Shown here one piece after another: positions 28,462-41,151 of a stretch of DNA of 64,000 nucleotides; the first letter of the stretch is position 1, and every line of letters begins with the position of its first letter. The stretch comes from Bilabrum cf. latius (lineage: Eukaryota). Where the stretch lies: contig OZ237742.1 in the NCBI GenBank assembly GCA_965178125.1, forward strand, positions 930,001-994,000, written 5' to 3'. Both the position numbers and the translations under genes were made by a program. The notes under the pieces are model-generated. The model saw only the letters and a list, made by a program, of their open reading frames with translations, ran no database searches and had not been told where the DNA came from.

Positions 28462-28773
28462 TAAGACGAGATCGAGGATCGACAAGGCTTTGCAGTTGGT
28501 CTTGCAGCCATCGTCAGTTCCATGCTTTTATCTGCTAAGCTTGCGTGAGTGAGGCAGGCAGATTGCATTGATCGATGACCATCGCTTTTTTCGTGTATTC
28601 ACTGATCGCATGACGGCTTGTGCTTCCAGGATCCAACTGTAGTTTCGCGTGATTCGCAAGCTCGACAAATAAAAATGACACCAAATCATCGTATGAGCCG
28701 AATGTGGAAAAACGAAACCAAGCGCTGCCACAAGAGGGCGCAAAGCTCGGCATCGGGGCTCTTTGCTTTCAAA

Positions 28774-31700
28774 TCACTGTTTGCCAAGCTTCGCCTGCAG
28801 CGCCTTCACCTTGCTCGACGTCTTTTTGCTCCCCTTCTTGCCCTTCTTGGTCGACTTCTTTCCCGAGGACGCTGCCGGAAGCTGCACACGCACGCCAGCC
28901 GGGCTGGCGCCCGCTTCCACCCGCGGTGCGGCTGCTCGTGCCGACGAGGCCGGCAACGAAGCAGAGGAGGCCTGCAGCGGGGCACTCGCGGGAGCTAGAC
29001 GGGGCTTCGGTGGCTCCTTCGGCGGCGGCCCCAGCGGCAATCCCTCGCTGCTCCCTCCCGAGGACGAGTCCGAATCGTGCAGCAGCTCCTCGTTCCCGAT
29101 CGCGTCCGTGTAGGCAGCATGCCCGCCGGCGCTGGCCGCTCCACCACCCCCGAGTGCACCTGACCCCTCCATTCCCTGGCCCTTTCCAATCTTGGAGGAG
29201 CTCCCTGCAGCCGCTGCCCCGCTCACGCAGAAGTACTCGTAGCAGCACCTGGGCCTGCGCCCGGCAGCCTGGTCCATGAAGTAAGCCACAGCGAACTGCC
29301 CCACAGCCATGAGCAAAGCCCCCAGCGCCACCATGCCCACGGCCAGGCCGGCCACGGTGCCCTCGGCCACGCCCTCAATGTTGTACCGGATCAGCTGGCA
29401 CGCCTCGAGGTTGCCGTCTCCGTACTGGTCGTTGTCCTGCTCGATGGGGGCGAAGGTCTCCCCGTTCAGAACGGCGGGGTCCGTGCCGTTGGGCAGCTGG
29501 CCGAAGATGGACTGGAAGAAATCCTCCGGGTTGATCGCGTCCCTCTCGCGGTTGACCTCGGGGTCCAATGTGTATTCCTGCGCGTTGGGCACGTCTCTCG
29601 ACCGGATGGTGGGTGCCAGGGGCCCGTTGACGAGATCCCTGCAGTCCTGGATGCGGCCGCGCTGAGCGGTGCAGATGAGAGCGGCTTCGTTCCTGTTCGA
29701 GAGGTTGTTGTTCCTCGAGGACACGTAGGGGTAGCTGCCCGTCTTGTTCATCTTGATGAGGCCGCCGAAGAAGTAAGGGGTCGCGTGCGCGTTGATCTTG
29801 AAGCAGTTAGAGGGGTTGTTGTCCCGCTGGTTGCCTGCTGGAAGCGCCCTCAGCTCCTCAAGAGTCAGGCAGCGCGCCCCCCTCGCCCTCAGCGCGTCCT
29901 CCTGCTCCAAGTAGAGCATCCTCTGCATCAGGTTGTGGTTCACGGAGCCGTCCTCGTTGACGAACATGGTGAAGCGCCGCAGGATCTCCTCGTTGGCGGT
30001 GAGGTTCATTGGCACGTTGTCCTCCAGGATGCCGATCTCCACCACGTTGTGGCGCTCCGTGCGGCCGTTTTGGTTCGGGTTCACGTTGGTGTAGGGCCCG
30101 CCCGACACGGCGTTGTTGCAGCCCCTCGCAGGCCCGTAGTCCGTCGAGATCATCTGGTAGTGGATGAAGTCGCCCTGGGTGGTGTGCAGCCTAGCGGGGT
30201 GGAAGAAGATCTCAACGGAGGGATACACCTGCACGATGTTGCCGAGCTTGCCCTTGTTGCTGAGAGCGTAGACGTAGGCCCCGTCCTGCAGCGCGGAATA
30301 CGCCTGCTCGTCCGTCTAGATGGCGTCCTCAGAGTCCTCAGGGTGCTCCAGGCGGGATGTGGCCGCGGGCAGGGGCTCCCTGATCTCGAATACGAAGGAG
30401 CGGTCCTAAAAGGTGCGGCCGTACTGGTTCGTGTTGAGCTTCAGGGCCAGCATGCGGTCGGACCCGGCGGACACGAAGGGGTCCTGGATGATGGGCGAGC
30501 GGTCGTCTCCGTTGTGAGAGCCGTTGAGCCCCGGGGTGCCGGCGGGAGGGCCGCCCGGCTTGCCAGCCATCGGGTGGTACGTCGGGTAGTCCGTGCTCGA
30601 GATGTTGTACCGGATGCGCAGCACGCAGTTCTTGCTGGGCGTGGCGGGCACCGTCCACAGGTACCTCGAAGCCTCGTTGCCGTGTGGCACAGCCTCACGG
30701 TCGTAGGTGGGATCCACCTTCACGGCCCATGAAGCCCGTCCGGTGTCGGAGCGGACCCTCTGGTAGTTGGTGTCCACTGCGTTTCCGAGGTGGTTGATCC
30801 GGCTGGACTTGGCAAGCTGGCAATCCACCGGTGGGATGCCCTCACCGTTCCAGGGCAGCCTCGAGTCGGGGTCCTCTGGATCCACGCCGAACCTGGCGTT
30901 GTCCACCCACCGGTGCCCCGCGGCCTGGCACGCGGCCTTGCGGTTGTACCACTTGCCCTGCTGCTTGAGCTGCGCGGCGGAGGGGAGGCCCTCGATGGGA
31001 TCGACCGGTGGGTCGTTCTCCAGGCAGTGGCCGACCGGGGAGGACGCGTTGTTCTGGGAGTTCGCCATGTACCAGTTGCACCAGTTCCTGAACTCCTCCG
31101 AGTTCTCGTCGGTGGCGTGGTTGTGGAGCACCGCGATGTCCACCCACGGATTAGGGTGCCAGTAGGGGTAGTAGTCCCGCTCCGTTGGAACCTCGAACCC
31201 GTGCCGGTTGCCGTTTGGGTTCTGCCTCGTGGCGATAAGGGAGTTGCGGCGGAGGTTCTGGTCCGCGTTGAAGAGACCGCGGTTGCGGGAGGTCTCCTTG
31301 GCGATCTGGTAGTAGTCGTAGCTCTCCTGCATCCCGAAGCGGCGGCTGGCGACGGTGTCGGCGCGGGCAGAGTCCTCGTTGTCAGGAATCGTGTCGGTGG
31401 CGGCGTCGTTGGCGCTGGACGGCGTGCCGTCGCGCGGGGCTCCGATGTGGAAAGCGTCCGGTCTTCCCAGGTTGCTCGCCTTTGGGCCGCCGCGGAATTT
31501 CTGGGTGGGATCCAGGGTCTCTTCGCACGCATACTGAATCACGAGGTCGCAGGACCGCTTTAGGCCTCCGCACTCGTGCTGCGCCGTCCACTCGATGGCA
31601 AGCTTGGTGCCTACGTAGTAGAATGGCTTCTCGGTTTCAACTTCAGGTCCACCACGCCTTCGCTGGCACGTGTACCCGCCAGCGTTGTTGTTTTGCGAAT

Positions 31701-32068
31701 CGAACAGCCTATCTGCGGTGCGGAAGGTTGCACGGAAGCGCAGAGTGTTAACATGTGTCGAGTCCAACGAACAGCTTCCCATAGATATGAACTATTTGCA
31801 TTTGATACATTCTGTGGGCATACAGCCCTGCGACTGCAGGATTCTCTGATTTCATCTCCTGGTGCACCGGTCAACTCTTGCTTTGCGCCGAATGACGGCA
31901 ATGAGTCGCTTCAGAGCCGACACACTCACTTGCGTTGTTCCTGTTCGCATTATCTTCGCAATTCCTATCGTTGCTACCCCGTGGAGCGTGCATGTACACG
32001 TCAGCCTGGCATACATGGCTGCCAAGGAAGGCAGCGGCTGCAAGTAGAATTCCTACCCGCGATCGCAT
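28774..32068 (-). CDS. Protein DD3-3 homolog (signal peptide, C-terminal TM helix)
   Basis: DVYMHAPRGSNDR; intron 31713-31929 gives NNANRLFDSQNNNAGGY. Also RDYYPYWHPNPWVDIA, CVLRIRYNISS, NTNQYGRTF*DRS and GKLGNIVQVYPSVE. TAGs at 30406 and 30316; ends TGA. Confidence 0.85.
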
Positions 32069-33038
32069 GCTATATCTGCGACATAACCAAACAATCTTGC
32101 AACTAAATATACATAACACTATTTTAAATAGTTTGAGCATCAATAATCCTCGCAAATTTGGCTCACCAGGTCGTATCCTATGCAAAAGGGCTCCAATCCA
32201 GCCGTCGAAGGTCTGCTGTGTTGTATGACGAGTGTGGATAATACGATTCATGAAGATAAAAAGTCTTGTTCCTGGAATTCGAGAGCCGGTGCATCCGCCA
32301 GCAGCGAAGTTCGGCCAGATGACCCAGATTGCCGAGTATGTCATTGTTGCCACCACGCGGTCTAACTTGCATTTCATATAGCTGCTATAGGGGACCGCAC
32401 AAGTTATGTTATTTAGCATTCTCGGGATCGTTTCAGGGATTCTGTGCAGTGCTCAGACGCCATCAACGACCCATCATTGGCGATTTGACAGCCTTCTGAG
32501 CCGCAGCAGCGCATTTCTAGCATAGATCGCGCATTATATGATAGTATCATGCATAAAAGAGTCTGATGCGCCGAAATGTTACACTTGCAGTGGCGGTTTG
32601 GCTGTGTTGTTCTACACGAGGCACGAGAACAGGAGGGCTGCGTGGGGCGGCCAGCCCTGGCAGGTGGTGCGCAGTAGTTCACTTTACCTGGGCTGTTGGA
32701 AATAGCCTGCTTACCCAAAAGACATAGCGGGTTCCCCCGATTTCCGATGGGGGAGGGTTCGTGCCATCAGTTGAGTGCTCGTCGCTGAGTCTCAAGGGTC
32801 TAGCAGCAGCTGGCCGACCTTGCAACGACCCCTGGCGCATGCAATCCAAGACAAGCAGATCGATATAGTACGAAGACCAACGACGTTTATTCTCTCTGCC
32901 CACTGCTGCTACAAGAACGCGACCGAAAATCAACGCTATTATTGTCTTCATCATTCGTTATTATTGTAAAGGTTGCAACCGCCGCCTGCGCGTTAATGAT
33001 ACATCGCGCGTTTCAGCGCCTTAAAGTCGGATTGGGGC

Positions 33039-36000
33039 ATGTCTGCACTCTTTTCTCAATCTATTGATTTGATTGAAGGTGGCTCGAAGGCTTCTGAGCC
33101 ATCAAATGCAGACGATGCTTTGTGGGAGCACTGCCAAAATGGCAAGTGGAGCGAAGTCAAGACTGCAATTGACTCAGAGCCGGCTTCTTTGTAGAAGCGA
33201 GATGGCACTGGAAATTACATTATTCATTGGATGTGCTTGCATGGGAACTTTGCAGCCGTAAAGGAGCTGCTGGAAAGGGGGCAGTCTGCCATTTCCCCGA
33301 ATTCTGAGGGACAGCCACCCATGCATTTTGCGGTCATGTCGGTAAGTTTGCAGCTCTAGATGCTACCGTACTTCTTTAAAGCATAATAGATACAGTAACG
33401 TTCGATCTGGCACGGATCAGATGTTCGCAGGACAGCGATGAAATAGTTGATGTGCTGGCTAGGCATGGTGCGAGCACCAGCGCGCAGGACCACTTTGGCG
33501 GGTGCCCCGTGACTGTTGCAGGAAGAACCGGGGCAAAGCTGTGCATTCTTCGCCTTTTGTAGCTGGGCGCAGATCCCTGGCAGTCTGACTACCAGGGCGT
33601 GCAGCTACCGCACTGGGCCGCCATCGCCGGCCAGGTGGAGGCACTCCGAGTCTGGCACTCGCTGGGACTGAGCCTGGAGCATCCTGACGGGCAGGGGTAC
33701 ACTCCCCTGCATCGTGCTGTTCTCATGCAGCAGCCAGGGGCCGTTGATTTCATCCTTCGCGTCACGGAGGGCAGGGCCTCGGCTCTCTACACTGCAGGCG
33801 GGCTGCTGCACCCCCTCAGGGTGAACGCCTCCGGGGGCGACCCGAGCACGGCAGAGCCCGTGGCCCCAGCACAAGCGGGCGGTGCATCTGGCACAGGTGC
33901 AGTGATCGAGACAGCGGACGAGTCCTCGGTCAACACGAGCGACCTTCTCTCCGACCAGGACCTCCAGATGGAGCTGCAGCAGAGCCTGGACAGGCGGCAG
34001 GAGAAGCACCTACGAGACCAGGCAATCGCGGCACGCAAGGATTTCACGTTCACTACCACCACGCAGGGCGAGGGGGCCGCAGTGATGGCCCGGCGCATCT
34101 ACACGACTGATTTCGACAAGGCTTACGAGCATGCCAGCGTGGAGCTGGCCCAGCACAAGCAGGTGCTGCGGACCCAGCGGGCGATTGCAATGGCAGGGGT
34201 GCTGCAAGGGGACGATACCGGCAACGATGGGGACTCCAGCAATGGTGACAGCGATGCCCCGCTGATGACGGAGGAGCAGGAGGCCAGATTCAGGGATCGG
34301 ATCATCAAGCAGGAGACGAAGCGATCCTTTGCCATAGGCAAGGCGCTCAACACTCACTTCCAGCTGGTGTCGTCCTCGGGCCTGTGCGGGCAGCTGCAGC
34401 GCGCTGCTTGGTGGGCACTGGGAAACGGCAGGCTGAACCTGTGGCTAATGACTGCCTGGTTCTACCTGACATGGTTCCTGTGCACGTGGTGCTTCACGGC
34501 TAGGCTGGAACCGGTCCTGAGGGAGGCTGCGGGAGCCAGGGTCGGGGCGGGCGGGGGTGGCAGTGGGGCTGTGGAGCAAAGCGCGGTGCTTGGCGGGGCG
34601 GAGGATGGGCCCCCAGCAGGTGCGGGCAGCCTGGAGGCCTTTATTTTACTGCATGCGCTGCCCTGGCTTGCGGGTGCCTCGTTTGTGCTGTACACGATCG
34701 TGTTTTCCATGCCGGCAGGCGAGGTGGAATGGCACGAAGATATCGTCGAGGCCACACCAGAGCGGATCGAAGCGGCAAAGAAGAGCGGGCTGGTGGCGAA
34801 CCCAGAGCTGGTGGGCAGGGATGGCGTCATCTGGCAAGAGCTGCTGCCCAGCCACGAGCCCTTCCCCAACGGCGTGCTCTGCCCAGCAGAGGCACGGGCA
34901 CAACCGAATGGTATCGCACGCATCGGCACCCGAAGCCTGCGGCTCGGGATTCAGGCGGCCTTCTGGCGCCTGGGCTAGACGTTTGTCCGGCTTCCCAGCG
35001 CCATCCTCGGGGTGCTGCAGTGCAAGCCGCACGCTCCTGCCACCCCACCCGGCGCTGCTGCCGAGCGGGCCTTGGAGCGAGTGGCAGAGCGGGCGACCGA
35101 GGAACTGCGGCGCATGAAGGAGCAGGATGGGCACGGATATCGCCCGGAGCAGCAGGGTCCGCAAGGGCCAGTCGTGGATCGAGGCAGTGCCGGTGCCAGC
35201 GAGAGCAAGTCTGGCGAGCCTGGATCATCCGACGAGTCCAAGTCGACCAACACCAAGCCCGGGGCCCTCATCACCCCGAGCATCACCGGGTCGGCCAGAG
35301 CCGTTGGTGCGGGGCTGAGCCTCACCCTCTTTGAGGCTTCCGACGACAGGGAGAATGCGGAGCGGGGCTGTGTCGCGAGCTCGGCTGTGCTCGGGCTGGA
35401 TCCTGCGTTCAAGAAGGCGGTGCTGTGCCCCACGTCGCTAAAGCTCAAGCCAATGCGCAGCAAGTTCGACAGCATCTCCGGAAAGGTGTACAGGCGGTTC
35501 GACCACTGGTGCCCCTGGGTGGGCAACGCTGGTGAGAAGGTGCCTGGCGATTATCAGCGCGACCGCACTTGCGAGCGCCCCCCTTGTCCTGATCTCGTTT
35601 TGCTGCACAGGTCCGCGATCCCGTCATCCCGCTTGACTCCCATCTCTTGCTCTCCTTATCCCGTGTCGCAGTCGGCGAGAACAACTATGTCTTCTTCCTC
35701 ATGTTCTGCGTGGTGCAGCCGTTCGTCGCGCTTGCATTTGCGCTCGGGGCCAGGTACGTGTACGTCAAGAACTGGAACGAGTGCACCGGCATCGTCAGCT
35801 GCGTTGGAGCATTGACGTGGCAGGACCTGTGGCTCAACTACTGCACGTTGTCTCTGCTGTTCTCCATGCTGTTTGGCGCTGTCATGGTGTATGCCGTGAT
35901 CTCTCAGTCCGCGTACAACATCACGACGAACGAGGGCTCCGGGCTCAACAAGTACGCGCATTTCTGGAAGCTGGAGCTCGAGGGTGATGACGCAAGCGCG

Positions 36001-36987
36001 GGGTCGGCAGCTTCGGGAGGCAGCACGACGGCGAGAGGGGCGGCGGGGCACAGCCACGGCGACGGCGAGCCGTGCTGCGACCACGACCACAACGGCAGAG
36101 GGGCGGCTGCATCGGGCGCCGGGGCGGACGATCCCGCCGACGACATGGAGAGCGGGCTGCTCCGGTCCTCGGGGGCTGGGTAGACCACCCGACTCACCTT
36201 TGTCCGCAGGTTCGACAATCCGTTCTCACTCGGTAGCCCGCTGCTCAACGTGCTGGGCTCGCTGGGGCTGTACCCGCAGCGCCGCGTGACCTTTGCCGAC
36301 GTGCACTCGCTGCGCACGCGATAGCACCACACGCTGGCCCGCCGCATCGCCACCATGCTGGCCCGATCGGCGCTGGCCAGCCTGCAGGTGACCAGCGCGG
36401 GGGCCGGCCACGGGGCGATGGAGAAGGCCGCTGGCCTCGCGCGGCAGATGGAGCCCCCTCCCGCACTGGTCGACACCATGATGGGCCCGGCCTCGCGCAA
36501 AGTGGAGGAAGCGGCGCAAAAGATCCTGGAGCTACCGGCCACGGGGCTGCCAGTGTTTGCACGCAGGGGCGGGCGGCGCAGGGGGGGGCTGCGGGTGTTC
36601 CTTGACCTGGCCGAGGGGTTCGGAGACGCTGCGAACGAGGGGCAGGGGGGCTCAAGTGCAAGGGATGGGGCGGCGTCGGCAGTAGCGAGCGCTGCATCCC
36701 GGCCCGACGATTCTGGCGCCGCCGCTGCGGCTGCCATGCTGGGAACCGGCGCGCGGAGCCGAGCGAGCAGCAGCGGTGGAGGCAAGGGTGGTGGCGCAAC
36801 CGGCGGGGCCGCACGAGCGGCAGTAGCAGAAACGCCCACAAAATAGCCGGTAGGAGGCGACGCGCAGCCAGCCGGGGAAGAGGTAGCCTTCGATGCTGCA
36901 GGCGGTGCGCTAGGCGGCATGGAGATGGCTGGGCAAGCCAGGTCGCGCGGGGCCAGGAACACGGCCTCGAACGGGTCCCGCGGCTGA
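33039..36987 (+). CDS. Ankyrin-repeat DHHC-type palmitoyltransferase (Akr1/ZDHHC13/17-like), DHWC variant
   Basis: N-terminal ankyrin repeats and TM helices. KPMRSK...RFDHWCPWVGNA|VGENNY, TTNE and NPF motifs. Introns 33342-33430 and 35532-35671. TAGs at 33192, 33560, 34976, 36181, 36322 and 36844; ends TGA. Confidence 0.88.
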
Positions 36988-37207
36988 GCCCTCCCGGATG
37001 GGCGCAAGTGTCGATCTTGAGTTGGGATAAATGTAGATCTGTCCACAGAATCTGATCTTGAGTTGGTCCACATATGTACGCAGAATCTGATCGGGATGGG
37101 GGGCATCCAGGATGGCACAGGTCGTGGAACACCCTAGACTGGCGAACCGCAGCACAGGCGTCCTCTCAACTGATCAAATCATTCATTCAATACGATGTTG
37201 GATTACT

Positions 37208-40200
37208 TCAAGTTTCGCTGAGTGGCAGGTCGTTGGAAGCGGCAGCTGCTGGCGAAAGGGGGCTCGCGGGCTGCCCCGAGCCAGCGCGCCCGCGCGGAGG
37301 CGTCCCGGCAGCCAGGGCAGCCAGTGTGTAGGACGCCTCGGTGGCCGGACTACCGCTTCGATCGCCCGGCCCGCGGTCAGGGCTGGAAGGGGGATCGATC
37401 CTGCCCCCCGCGCGCGCGTGCCTGGGCCTACCCGGGGAATTGGATGCGCTCGGCTGCATGCGGGAGCTGCTAGACCGAAGCCCGATCGCGGCGTCGATGC
37501 CATCAACGCTGCCCGCCCCACTTTGACTAGCCGCGGCTCCCATGGAGCTGCCACCAGAGCTCCCAGACCTGTCCCTACCCACGCCAATACCCATGCCCAT
37601 GCCGCTGCGTTGCGCGTTGCGTTGCCCCGCCGCCGCGTTCGAAGACGAGGACGACGAGGACAGGCTCTGCCCCAGCCCATGCCGGCTCCCTGTACCCCCG
37701 GGCAGGGTAGGAGGTCTCGCACCGACGCCGGCCGGCTGTCCTGTGCCCGCGACTGCCGCCAGACCGCCTGACGACCGCCTGCCAGCAGCACCCGCCTGGG
37801 CCACTCCACCTGCACCAACGAAGGAGCCGAACCCGGCCGCCACCTGACCCGTCGCAGAGCCAGGTCCCGCTGCCGGAGTGAGGATACTGAGGGCCTGAGC
37901 GCTGGATGGACTGGGCTGCACGTTCTCCCCAGATGCATCCAGCACCGTGGCAGCCGCCGGCAGCACGGTGGTGCCCGCTGGTGACCTCTCCTGGCCGTCA
38001 CCGGCCTCCATGTCTTCGCTGGGCTGCAGCCTAGTTCCTTGGCCCGATTCCAGCGCACTGGGTCTCCTCGACGTGTACCCCGGTGCATTGGCCTGAGGCA
38101 CGGACGCGGACACTCGGCTGGGGGTGGGGTCAAGCGAGGCTGCAGCACCGCTCGATGCCCTTGGTCGGCCTAGTGGCCGTCCGTCCCCAGCACCGCCATC
38201 GAGCCGCATGCTCCGCACCGATTCCGTTGTTGCTGCTTCTGGCCGAAACGGCGGCGTCACCAGGTGCCCATCCACCGATGGGTCGAACCCGGGACCACCG
38301 GCCGCAGCGTCGGCCCGTAGCCCCGAGCCATGCACAGACCCGAACATGACGCTGTCGCTGGGCAGACCCCCGCGCGGAGCACTGAAGGTCCCGCCCGCAG
38401 CGCCGCCCGCTCCCACCCCAAGCGGCAACTACCCCTACCCGGTTCCACTGACTGGCCCGTGCTCGGGCGACACTCCCATGCCCAGTACGACCGCCACCTC
38501 TTTTCCGACTGAGCGCCCGATGGCCTCTGCGTCTTCTGGCAGCCTTCTCCCCGCAGTGGAGGCCGCGGCTGAGCTCCTGCCACTCCCTGTCCCTCCATCC
38601 ACGCTCATGCTCAGGTCCAGGCTGGTCTGGCTCGCAGTCCCGTCGTCAGGCAGGCTGCTGCCCCTGGCCCTGGAAGGGTGAGCCATCGAGCTCGGGGCCA
38701 TGCCGCTGTTCCTGCCGGTACCGCTGCCTCCCTTGTTCTCTGGGAGGCCCGAGTGCCTGCCCTGGGCACGCCTGCGGATGGATCCGGACCCGGCACCCCC
38801 ACCCGGGGGTCCTAGGTGCGAACCGCCCGAAGCGTCGGATCCAGCGGTGGATCGGGCACCGTCGTGCGACCCGTCGCTGGCCCCTGAGCTGCTGCGCTGC
38901 CGCAGGGAGGCTGCCTCTGCTCCTTGAAGCGCGTGCCCGTTCCTTTGCTGCTGCTGCTCTGCGAACGCGGCTGCTGCGGCGTCCGCAGCTTGTTTGAGTG
39001 AAGCCCCGGACTGCTGCAGGGAGGCAGGCAGCCGCTCCCTGAGCAGCCTGCCGATGCATGCGTTGGCAGTGGTGCTGGATTGACTCCCAGAATGAACAGG
39101 CTATGATGAAGACGAAGAGGAGGACGAAGAGGAGGACCGGACGACGATCTCAAACTCTCGCAGAATGCCGTTGGAAGTTGGAGCCGCCATCGATGCTCCC
39201 GCATACTGCGCCCCGTTCCGTGCCCTGCCCCTAATGCTGCTACTCCCGGCCCTGGCTCTAGAAGAAGGACCAGGCAATGCACCTGGAGTGGGTGCCACGG
39301 GCGGCTCGCTGCCCACAGACTCGCCCGAGGACGTGCGAGCAGCTACCGCCCCGCTTATAAGCACTGCCTGCTGCCCCGTCTCGGCATCCGTCACCACCTC
39401 TAGCTGCATGCTGCCGCTGCGGCCTCGTCGCCTGCCCCAGCGCTGCGAAAGACCCTGTGCTACGGTTGCCTCGCTCGCGGCGCGGTGATCGTGCTGCATC
39501 TGGCTCGTGCTCGAGCTGCCGTCGCTGCTAGTGCTCGCCTCGTAGCTGCCGTGCTGGTCCGTGGAATATGCCCTCGTCGCGACAGAATCAGGAATGCTCG
39601 GAGGCAAGCTGGGCGAACAGCCTACTGCAGCTGCTTCAACGATTGCTTTCGCGGCCGGCAACCCTCTTTGAATTTCCTCCGCAAGCTCGGAATGCATTCT
39701 GCCCTTCCGTCTGGTGCTAGCAATCACCCTAGCCCTGCCCTCCCGCTTGATGCCCAGGCGTTCTCTACCATGGAGTTCAGGCTTTACTTGCTCCATAACT
39801 CGTAGCCCGTTCTAATCGAAGTTGCATCTAGCCTTGTCGCCACGAATCTTTCTGGCGGCCTGCGACGGGTGAAGGATTGTGCACACAAAGAGCAACCCAT
39901 GGGCGCAAAGCGCAGACAGTGAAACATCTGGGAATGAGCAAGCAATTATTTCTAAGATAAGCGATGACAGTATTCCTCAACCGACTGGTTCCAGTGCTAT
40001 TGACACGTAAATGAAGTGCAAGTCTGAAATCAGCGTCAGGCAGCTGCCAGCCACAGAAAGCATCGATCGCGTGCCTGCCGCTCCCAAGCGATTGAAGTAC
40101 ATGCACTACCGGTCGTTCAAGCGGAAAATCTGGTGCCTACGCCAAGTTCTATCCAAGATGGCGGCAGGGAGACTCGACCAGTTGTCCTGGCGGAACCAAG

Positions 40201-40839
40201 CTCCATTCGGTGATTGCGCGGCGAAATCCGACCGTTGCAAGGTCTTGACCGGGCTTTCCACCATGCTGCCCGCTGTGGCAACCACAGATAGCCTCAAACC
40301 GATAGACAACCAGCATTATGACATAGGCAGTGCGCACGAGACACATACAAGCCGTAGCAATCTCACTGCATCGTACGCGAGCGCTGCCTCGCGCTCGTCC
40401 GTAAAGTAGCCCACATGCATCCGCTTCCCCTGCGATCACAAGAGCGAAAGAGTCCGCAGTGAGCACGTAAACATGATAACAAACAATCGATGCATCCCAC
40501 TCAATTATCGACGCCTGGTCTTGGCAGTCTCACACCAGTACGGATCTGAACTGCCCATCTTCCGCTGCTTTTGTGAAAGCTGACGCCGTAATACTCGCTA
40601 GTGAACGATTTCTTGCTCCCTGCCTGTGTATTCGTGGTGTTGGCTCGCTTCCTCGGGCTCTGCACTTCACCAGTTCGTTTCCGTTTGCGGCTTGCACGGC
40701 TCGCAGCTGCGTCGTCCATTTCAGCACTATCGCCACCAGGAGGACTCGCACCGCTCGGGAACGCGCTGGAAGGCCACTTGATTGATCGAACTGGGCTAGA
40801 ACACAATGATGCAAGGGCAAGGGCAGCATCCCGCTCCAT
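37208..40839 (-). CDS. AP2/ERF-domain transcription factor with long disordered C-terminus
   Basis: Introns 40430-40533 and 39860-40366 assemble SEYYGVSFHKSSGRWAVQIRTGGKRMHVGYFTDEREAALAYDAAARKIRGDKARCNF; NLS-like RKRKR. TAGs at 39812, 39101, 38435 and 38429; ends TGA. Confidence 0.85.
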
Positions 40840-41151
40840 CGAACCCAGGTGATCGTTCGCAATAGAAAATATGATTTATTATAATATTACGTTACAATCT
40901 ACAAGGATACAACTCCATGGACAAAAACACAGAAATTACTCGCTTATATTAGACCGTTTACTGTCACAGTGCAGTAATATAGACATATATAAATAGTGTC
41001 CCTGCCTGCGTTTGCTGAAAAGTCGAATTCGGGGTTGTCTTCCGCAGATCGTCGAGCTGAGTTTCAAATAAGACGAGCACAGTTGAAGGCCGTTCTGCTG
41101 CCATAGTCCGAGCACCTATAAGATACGCGCGAAAACTAGAATCATCAAGGC

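Noticed and set aside
32100-33000. Open frames in the DD3-3 / palmitoyltransferase spacer
   Set aside because: No recognisable motif or codon bias; a small gene cannot be excluded.
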